Part shown: piece by piece, positions 16,920 through 23,137 of the stretch | How positions within the stretch are numbered: position 1 is the first letter of the stretch | Layout: each line of letters starts with the position of its first letter | Assembly: GCA_016699145.1 (NCBI GenBank) | Contig: CP064962.1 | Location: 60,001-92,000 of the forward strand | DNA length: 32,000 nt | Reading direction: 5' to 3' | Source of the DNA: Candidatus Saccharimonadota bacterium | GTDB lineage: Bacteria > Patescibacteriota > Gracilibacteria > UBA1369 > 2-02-FULL-48-14 | Notes under the pieces: model-generated | The model's input: the letters and a program-made list of their open reading frames with translations, nothing else | Told to the model about the DNA's origin: nothing | The model's database searches: none | Position numbers and translations under genes: made by a program

Positions 16920-18515
16920 TTAGTCTATCGTGATTTCCCAGTCCCCATCGGCATCCACATTCATAATGTAATCTCCTGCATCTAGATATTCGGCGGTGTC
17001 TCCGTCAAAATCACCAATCTCATTGGCAAGGTAAGCTACGGTATCCCCATCAGAATCTAAGAGATGAACAATGAAGTTGCTATCTCCAGAGTGGCTCAAA
17101 TTGAATGTTTTAAGGCCAGCAGTCGAAATATGGAAGACTTGAGTGGCAGCATTCCCTTCTCCGCTGAATTCTGAAGTGGAGGTGCTGTCATTGAAGTCGA
17201 CTTGGTCCCAATCAAATGTCCATTCTCCATCCGCTTCAACATGAAGGACATAAGTACGCTCATCCACATATTCTGCTACAGAGCCTTCTGTCTCCCCGAT
17301 CTCATTGGTAAGATAGCTAACGGTCTCGCCACTTTCATCAAGCAAATGAACGATGAAATTGGAATTTCCGTCGTGAGTGAAATTAAAAACGGAAAGACCT
17401 TCTTCTATCTTAATAAAGTCGGTGACGGTTGACCCCTCACCACTGAACTCTTTGGTATATTCGGCATTTGAAGTGTCTCGCGGCTGTTCAATTTTGACTG
17501 TCCATGAACCGTCATCTCCATCAACTTCCAAAACATATTCCCCAGCTTCTTCTATAGAGACGGCAGTCACACCTTCGTAATCGCCAATCTCATTTGAGAG
17601 ATACTCTGTTGTATCTTCAGTAGTAGAAAGGAGATGAACGATAAAATTGCTATCTCCATTATAAGTGAGAGTGACAACAGCCAGGCCTTCTTCGAGGTCA
17701 AAAGATCCAGTTACCTCAGAGTCAGAACCAGAGAAAGTGATATCTTCAATAGAAATGACTGGCTCTTGAACAACAGGTTCCTCAGGTGTGTCAGTTTCTT
17801 CTGGGGCTGTTTCTTCAGTCTCAATCAAAGAAGTGAGGCCTTTCACTGTCAGGAAGTTAGTTTGAGCAGCTTCGCTAAATTCACTTACAGCCATTTCTTG
17901 TACCACCAAGGTACGATAAATGTTTTCTGCCACTCCGCTACGATCCATCTCTCCTGAAGGACTGAAGTTTCCACTGGTCGTTTCAAGTAGGTTTAAGTCC
18001 TTTGCAACATAGACGTAAGGAGCGTACCAAGCGGAGCTGTCGGTGTCGCTAAATAGGGTCGAAGAAACAGTAGTGGGAAGCATGGAACTTAAGCCCAAAG
18101 CATTCACCAGCATTTTGATGGCTTCTACTTTATTCACCGTACTAGAAGGTGCAAAGTTTCCGTCAGGATAGCCATCCACCCACCCTTCTTCATGGGCATA
18201 GCAAACGTACTTTGCGTACCAATCAGTGGTGACATCTGGGAAACAGTTCTTGTAGATGTTTGCATCTGGTTCTATTCCTTGTCCTGAGACCAAAACCTTC
18301 ATAAGTTCCGCTCTATTTATAGTTTGATTTGGCTTAAAGCTGCCGTCTGAATAGCCTTCTAAAGTCCCAATGCTGACGAGGTATTCGATGGCAACGTAAT
18401 TGGTGTTGCTGGAAGCGACATCCTCAAAACTAGAGGCTGATGTGTTAGGGATAAAAAGAGCCGTCATAAGAACGGCTAGGAAGCCTTTCTTAAGATATTT
18501 ATAGACCTGTGCCAT
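16920..18515 (-). CDS. secreted S-layer-homology (SLH) domain surface protein with three C-terminal repeats of about 82 aa
   Basis: I prefer the ATG at 18515 (MAQVYKYLKKGFLAVLMTALFIPNTSASS signal peptide) over the track GTG at 18566. There are three SLH modules: FEDV...YVAIEYL, FPDV...WYAKYV and FSDT...WYAPYV. An acidic linker and three repeats follow. Confidence 0.85.
   Translation of the reverse strand: MAQVYKYLKKGFLAVLMTALFIPNTSASSFEDVASSNTNYVAIEYLVSIGTLEGYSDGSFKPNQTINRAELMKVLVSGQGIEPDANIYKNCFPDVTTDWYAKYVCYAHEEGWVDGYPDGNFAPSSTVNKVEAIKMLVNALGLSSMLPTTVSSTLFSDTDSSAWYAPYVYVAKDLNLLETTSGNFSPSGEMDRSGVAENIYRTLVVQEMAVSEFSEAAQTNFLTVKGLTSLIETEETAPEETDTPEEPVVQEPVISIEDITFSGSDSEVTGSFDLEEGLAVVTLTYNGDSNFIVHLLSTTEDTTEYLSNEIGDYEGVTAVSIEEAGEYVLEVDGDDGSWTVKIEQPRDTSNAEYTKEFSGEGSTVTDFIKIEEGLSVFNFTHDGNSNFIVHLLDESGETVSYLTNEIGETEGSVAEYVDERTYVLHVEADGEWTFDWDQVDFNDSTSTSEFSGEGNAATQVFHISTAGLKTFNLSHSGDSNFIVHLLDSDGDTVAYLANEIGDFDGDTAEYLDAGDYIMNVDADGDWEITID
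16923..17735 (-). repeat. three tandem protein-level repeats (about 82 aa each) in the SLH protein
   Basis: Each unit contains FSGxxS...(G/K)L.V(F/T).(L/F)(T/S)(Y/H).G(D/N)SNFIVHLL...YL(S/T/A)NEIG(D/E)...(V/M).(V/A)(D/E)(A/G)DG.W. The units cover aa 278-360, 374-455 and 467-548 of the track ORF. They are diverged at the nucleotide level. Confidence 0.75.
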
Positions 18516-18531
18516 AGGATTTGGGGTTAGG

Positions 18532-18558
18532 AAACAAAAAAGGGCACCTAGGTCGCCC
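18532..18558 (-). terminator. intrinsic terminator-like hairpin plus U-run just upstream of the SLH start codon
   Basis: The minus strand reads GGGCG-ACCUAGG-UGCCC followed by UUUUUUGUUUC. The element's downstream edge (18532) lies 16 nt upstream of the ATG at 18515. Confidence 0.5.
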
Positions 18559-18571
18559 AACAACACTTGCT

Positions 18572-18648
18572 CCGCGAGGAGTAGCCGATATTGGCTAGGT
18601 ACCCGTCATTGCCCAATATCTGGGTTTGACGAGCAACAAGCCTCGCGG
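18572..18648 (-). promoter_or_regulatory. structured leader element with nested inverted repeats
   Basis: The outer 8-bp pairing is CCGCGAGG (18572-18579) with CCTCGCGG (18641-18648). It encloses GATATTGG / CCAATATC, which can fold as two short hairpins (AGCC-gatatt-GGCT and CCCA-atatc-TGGG) or as one long helix. Confidence 0.35.
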
Positions 18649-18740
18649 TAGGAGCTGAAAAAATGTGTTGTAGAGCGACAGGAGAAGTGTAGCAGGTACA
18701 ACTAAAAAAGAAAGTCAATATTAATCTGTTAAAGATAACT

Positions 18741-19913
18741 CTAAGAGTTAAGCTCAATGATGTTTTTTGCCCTTTGGTAGAGTTGATCAAATGTGATGAT
18801 CTCAGGTGAGGACAGGTTTTTCCTAAAATGCTCGAAACAAGATAATTTATCTGGATTTAAAACCTTCCCACCTGCATCTAAGAAGTCCTTCTCAGTTGTG
18901 CCTATAATGAGAAAGGATTTTGGCTTAAATTGAAAAACTTGCTGTCCAATAAGATTGCCATCTTTATCTTTCAGATCAACGATCTCACCTAAATGATTTT
19001 CAGATATTCTCACATACTGGTGACACTGTGACACTGCGCCGATAAGTTCAGAACTTGGTGCCCATACTCTGCTAGTCCTATACATCTTCTCTTCCAAAAG
19101 AGGAGTTTTATGAGTCTTAATTTCAACAATATTTAGAAAATTAATAAGTCCCAATGTTTTCAATATCCCATCGGGTCTCTTTCCAGGATCATTAAAATCT
19201 GCACCTCTTAGCACCTGCTCAAATTTGCCTTTTTCTATCGGAGCATTAAAGACATATTCTAAACCATAGCCAAATATCCACTTATTTTCTTCGAAAAAAT
19301 GCTGCCAAACATCTTCATCTTTTGATTTTCCCCACTCAGTTTTCTTTGCCTCAAAGAAAACATCATCTGTAAGAAGCCCTTTAAAAGTATCAAGCGCAGA
19401 CCGTTTATGGGCAATGTTGGTAACATCCCCTTCTTGGACAGAGCTGTTTGTGGCAAGTTCAGCTAAAATCCTTTGCCCCTTAGTGTCCGCTAGTATTGTC
19501 TTAAGGTGCATCTTGAGCGCCGCCTCATCCTGTATGATGCTTGCATCAAGAATGAGAGATTTATCTGCGATTGATTTTAAATCGAGTCCACTGAAAATTT
19601 GAAGTAGAGCTAAAATATTTTCGAAACCCATCGTAGAAAAGTTCATTTTCTCAACAGTCTTCCCAGTAGCTTTAGTCAACTGGACCCCTGTAATTTTCTC
19701 GTCATTAAAAATATAAGTCAGACGAAGCTCGACCCTTTTGGAGACTTGAAGCTTTACATCGTAGGGATCAGTTCCTTCATCAAATACAACACTTATATAC
19801 TTGCCACCTCCACCAGGAAAATCTGAAGCATAAATACGGCCTTCCTTTCGATTTTGAAGGATGGAAGCAATCTCAAATGCGGCAACCTCTGCTTGACTGG
19901 GTAGAGTAATCAT
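18741..19913 (-). CDS. Shedu-like (DUF4263-type) PD-(D/E)xK nuclease defence protein
   Basis: 390 aa. The C-terminal region is WQHFFEENKWIFGYGLEY...GKRPDGILKT...LNIVEIKTHKTPLL...ELIGAVSQCHQY. That gives D...E-x-K and then a Q..xY motif, as I recall for the SduA DUF4263 domain. The N-terminal half is unrecognisable, which is typical of the variable Shedu N-domains. Confidence 0.55.
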   Translation of the reverse strand: MITLPSQAEVAAFEIASILQNRKEGRIYASDFPGGGGKYISVVFDEGTDPYDVKLQVSKRVELRLTYIFNDEKITGVQLTKATGKTVEKMNFSTMGFENILALLQIFSGLDLKSIADKSLILDASIIQDEAALKMHLKTILADTKGQRILAELATNSSVQEGDVTNIAHKRSALDTFKGLLTDDVFFEAKKTEWGKSKDEDVWQHFFEENKWIFGYGLEYVFNAPIEKGKFEQVLRGADFNDPGKRPDGILKTLGLINFLNIVEIKTHKTPLLEEKMYRTSRVWAPSSELIGAVSQCHQYVRISENHLGEIVDLKDKDGNLIGQQVFQFKPKSFLIIGTTEKDFLDAGGKVLNPDKLSCFEHFRKNLSSPEIITFDQLYQRAKNIIELNS

Positions 19914-20020
19914 ATTTTTTAGGCAATCATATGTGTAGCAGATTTATGCTTAAACCACTAGCTCTAGCTATCACGATCCATTGTGTCATCTATGTGGGCA
20001 GACCTTAACCCATATAAGAT

Positions 20021-21286
20021 ATGACAGACAACTTGGTAGATCTAAAATACTGTCTTTACGCCCGTAAATCCTCGGAGTCAGATGAAAGACAGGCCTTGTC
20101 GATCGATTCACAAATTACTGAGATGGAGACCTTAGCTAGAAGAGAAAACATTAAAATTGTCGACATTAAAAGAGAAAGTAAGTCAGCTAAAGGATCTGGA
20201 GAACGTCGAGCTTTTAACGAGTTGATCAAGGGGCTTGAGATGCAGGAATTCAATGCAATACTAACCTGGCAGCCAGATCGATTAAGTAGAAATGCGGGTG
20301 ACCTCGGTTCTTTGGTAGATTTAATGGACCGTGGCTTTCTAAGACAAATCAGAACTTTTGGGCAGACTTTCACGAATAACCCCAACGAAAAGTTCTTACT
20401 GATGATCCTCTGTAGCCAGGCAAAACTAGAAAATGATAATCGTGGAATCAATGTAAAAAGAGGCCTTAGAGCAAAGTGTGAGCGTGGAACAAGACCTGGT
20501 GGGGTTCCAATAGGCTATAAACTAATCCGAAGTACGAACTTCAGGGAATCAAGTAAAATCATCGTAGACGAAGAGAGGGCTCCTTTTGTGAAAAAGATGT
20601 TTCAATACGTGATTAAAAATGACTTTAGCGGAAGACAAGTGAATGAATTTCTATCAGATGAAGGATTTCGAACAAGCAGTGGGAAAACGATGGCCTTAAG
20701 CGCAACCTATCGAGTCTTTAAAGAGGCATTTTATTATGGTGAGTTTGAATTTCCGAGAGGCAGTGGGAATTGGTACAAAGGTTCTCATACTCCACTCATC
20801 ACAAAGGAAGACTTCGTTGAAGCAAACAAAAGACTGCAAACGACTCCCAAAGGTAAATGGGGAAGGAAAGAATTTTATTTCAGTAAACTGTTCAAATGTG
20901 GAACTTGCGGATCTGGAATAACTGGCGAAGAAAGGGTCAATCGTTTCGGTAAACATTACACTTACTACAAATGCAATAAATATGGCGGTAGAGGAAGATG
21001 CAGAGAAAAATACATTCGTGAAGAAAACCTGATCGAATCCATTGCAAAACTTGTTGATCAACTCCGCGCAGATCACTTTCGGCTTAGCTCCAGAGTTGAA
21101 AGAGAGGTAGAGAAGCTCAATGATTTAAGGAAAATTTCCGGCGATGCTATGACCAATCCATTAACAACACAAGACTACATCGCTTATATCCTTAAAAATG
21201 GCACAGCTGAGGAAAAAAGAGATCTGTTAAGGTGCGTAAATGGAAAGCTTTTTCTAATAAAAGGTGACATCCAGCACAATTACTAG
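20021..21286 (+). CDS. large serine recombinase (integrase)
   Basis: 421 aa. The resolvase catalytic domain starts YARKSSESDERQALSIDSQ, which contains the nucleophile Ser region. LTWQPDRLSRN, a recombinase domain and the zinc ribbon CGTCGS...YYKC follow, then a C-terminal coiled coil. Confidence 0.9.
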   Translation: MTDNLVDLKYCLYARKSSESDERQALSIDSQITEMETLARRENIKIVDIKRESKSAKGSGERRAFNELIKGLEMQEFNAILTWQPDRLSRNAGDLGSLVDLMDRGFLRQIRTFGQTFTNNPNEKFLLMILCSQAKLENDNRGINVKRGLRAKCERGTRPGGVPIGYKLIRSTNFRESSKIIVDEERAPFVKKMFQYVIKNDFSGRQVNEFLSDEGFRTSSGKTMALSATYRVFKEAFYYGEFEFPRGSGNWYKGSHTPLITKEDFVEANKRLQTTPKGKWGRKEFYFSKLFKCGTCGSGITGEERVNRFGKHYTYYKCNKYGGRGRCREKYIREENLIESIAKLVDQLRADHFRLSSRVEREVEKLNDLRKISGDAMTNPLTTQDYIAYILKNGTAEEKRDLLRCVNGKLFLIKGDIQHNY

Positions 21287-21318
21287 CAATCAATAAACGG
21301 GAGTGCTAAAATCGCTCC

Positions 21319-22161
21319 ATGCTTGATGTAATTATTTTCAACGTTGAACTGGGGCAAAGCATTTTCTTTTACCCAAGAAATAATCCTGAGTATGGAATGT
21401 TTGTTGACTGCGGACATACACAGGATTTTCACCCACTAGATTTTTTGCTTGAGGCAAATTTGATCCATTTGAATGAAAACGTACACACTTTAGGAAATTT
21501 GACCCTTACCAATTACGATCATGATCATTTTTCTGGATTGCCATACCTTCTGGAAAAGACAAATATCTGGACGGTAAGACTGCCCAAGAATATTCACGAA
21601 GATGAGCTGGAGAAAATTAAACCGGAGAAAACAGAGGCACTAGAAAAAGTGTGCCATTTGAAGCGAACCTACACGGGAAGCGCAGAAAATCACGTGCCAC
21701 CCTATAAAATCAGCACTTTTTCTCTTGAGAAAAAAGATTTCCCCGGCGCAGAAATCAACACGAATCATCTTAGCCAGGTTGTTTTTGTGGAATATGGAGG
21801 AAGCACGATATGTATTTCTGGTGATCTGGAAGTGCCAGCGTGGGAAAAAATCTTAATGGATAGAGAAGTCAAGGAATGGCTCCAAAAAACCGATATTTAT
21901 GTTGCGGCCCACCATGGTCGGGAAAATGGTTATGCTGAGGAAATTTTCGAACATTGTTCTCCAGAATGCATAATTTTATCTGACAAAAAAATTATGCACG
22001 GTACTCAGGAAGGAATGGTCCAACGTTATTCAAATCGAGTCCTTGGTGACGGTGTTGCTTTTAACAGGGGCTCGAGCCGAAAAGTACTAACGACCAGAAG
22101 TGATGGACACATTTGGATTCGATTCAAAGAGGGTGGCGTTCGGGAATATGCATCAGTATAA
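21319..22161 (+). CDS. stand-alone ComEC/Rec2-type metallo-beta-lactamase-fold hydrolase (putative nuclease)
   Basis: 280 aa. Block-by-block resemblance to the ComEC MBL domain: FNVELGQSIFF / VDCG, LTLTNYDHDHFSGL (against THxDxDHiGG), NTNHLSQVVFVEYGGSTICISGDLE, YVAAHHGRENG (against kvxHHGSxxs), PECIILSD and TTRSDGHIWIRF. It starts 32 nt after the recombinase stop. Confidence 0.75.
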   Translation: MLDVIIFNVELGQSIFFYPRNNPEYGMFVDCGHTQDFHPLDFLLEANLIHLNENVHTLGNLTLTNYDHDHFSGLPYLLEKTNIWTVRLPKNIHEDELEKIKPEKTEALEKVCHLKRTYTGSAENHVPPYKISTFSLEKKDFPGAEINTNHLSQVVFVEYGGSTICISGDLEVPAWEKILMDREVKEWLQKTDIYVAAHHGRENGYAEEIFEHCSPECIILSDKKIMHGTQEGMVQRYSNRVLGDGVAFNRGSSRKVLTTRSDGHIWIRFKEGGVREYASV

Positions 22162-22167
22162 AAATCC

Positions 22168-22854
22168 ATGAACTACTCCCTAAAAGCACGTTACTTTCCG
22201 GCCGTTATATCGATTCTACCAATCGTGGTATTCAACTACTTTTATCTAAGCCCCTACATCGCAGGCCTTCTCAACGACTTCAATGGTGTTTCGCTCGTCG
22301 TAAGCAACGTTTCAATACCAGCAATCGCCATATACTTCGTGGTTCAACTTAATCGCTTCACGTCCAAGGAGTTATTTGAAAAAAGGATATTTAAAGATGA
22401 ATTGCACATGCCTACGACCAATTTAATGCTATTCTCAACCAAGTTTCTTACGGACGGTTTAAAAGAAGCCTTACATAGAAAGATAACGCATGACTTTGGT
22501 ATAGTACTTCTGGGAAAAACTGAAGAAGCTGGGAATGAAAAATTGGCCAGAAAGAAAATCGTAGAGGCTATGGGGCAAGTGAGATTGAAGGTAAAAAATG
22601 GAAGGCTCGTTTTACAGCACAATATTGAATATGGTTTTGTAAGAAACTTGCTTGGTGGCTCGATCCTTGGAGTTCTAAGCTCAATATGGAATATAATTTT
22701 CTTCGATGAAATCAATCATAATGATTTCGCCTTTAAGGTTTCTGCAGTAATGCTGGTAGCCTTCACACTAATTCTACTTTTCAACAAAATTATTATGGAG
22801 TCTTTTGGCTACAATTACGCAAAAGTACTGATAAACGAATACCAGCAGAGCTAA
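22168..22854 (+). CDS. 4-TM membrane protein with a central soluble domain (unknown family)
   Basis: 228 aa, starting 6 nt after the MBL gene. There are two N-terminal hydrophobic helices, about 95 aa of charged soluble region (KELFEKRIFKDELHMP...RLVLQHNIEYGFVRN), and two C-terminal helices. Confidence 0.6.
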   Translation: MNYSLKARYFPAVISILPIVVFNYFYLSPYIAGLLNDFNGVSLVVSNVSIPAIAIYFVVQLNRFTSKELFEKRIFKDELHMPTTNLMLFSTKFLTDGLKEALHRKITHDFGIVLLGKTEEAGNEKLARKKIVEAMGQVRLKVKNGRLVLQHNIEYGFVRNLLGGSILGVLSSIWNIIFFDEINHNDFAFKVSAVMLVAFTLILLFNKIIMESFGYNYAKVLINEYQQS

Positions 22855-22998
22855 TGCCAATACTGCCCAACACACAGAGGTTCACGGGATGCGAACCCTA
22901 TAAGGCTTCCAAATAGTTCAGCAGAGAGGCCAGTCACACAAAATCCGCCTGCCCTTTTGCCTAGGTGCATGGGTATTGAGTGCTAATAGTGCCCTATT

Positions 22999-23073
22999 TG
23001 GCTGGGGCGGTAGGATTCGAACCCACGAATGGCGGGACCAAAACCCGCTGCCTTACCACTTGGCGACGCCCCA
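22999..23073 (-). tRNA. tRNA-Gln (anticodon UUG), with encoded CCA
   Basis: Hand-folded cloverleaf. Acceptor stem is UGGGGCG/CGCCCCA. The D arm is GCC-AAGUGGUAA-GGC. The anticodon stem is GCGGG/CCCGC with loop UUUUGGU, giving anticodon UUG. The T arm is GUGGG-UUCGAAU-CCUAC. The discriminator is G, followed by CCA. Confidence 0.9.
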
Positions 23074-23137
23074 CCATGTTCCGCCGAAGCGGGCACTAAA
23101 AAGTGCGGTGACAATCTAAACAAAGGGAGGGGGCAAG

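Larger units (their letters stand above)
10106..22998. mobile_element. mosaic accessory or mobile island (prophage remnant, defence genes and a serine-recombinase cassette) abutting tRNA-Gln
   Basis: Gene content includes TerS/TerL, ParB-methyltransferase, a large serine recombinase, a Shedu-like nuclease and a HEPN protein. The right edge is the 3' side of a tRNA gene. Hand-counted G+C in single 60-nt lines is lower than in the flanks. Boundaries are approximate, and I found no flanking direct repeats by eye. Confidence 0.45.

Noticed and set aside
18548-18790. 80-aa minus-strand ORF spanning the Shedu-SLH intergenic region
   Set aside because: It overlaps the 3' end of the Shedu gene and the inverted-repeat/terminator region. 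Its translation is unremarkable. The region is better explained as structured non-coding leader.
22886-22898. GGGATGCGAACCC resembles the T-arm segment AGGATTCGAACCC of the adjacent tRNA-Gln, in the same orientation and about 110 nt away. It could be a tRNA 3'-end duplicate or att remnant.
   Set aside because: The match covers only about 11 of 12 nt, in the most generic part of any tRNA. There is no flanking acceptor-stem similarity. It is too close to the tRNA to delimit the island. It needs a computational repeat search before any claim.
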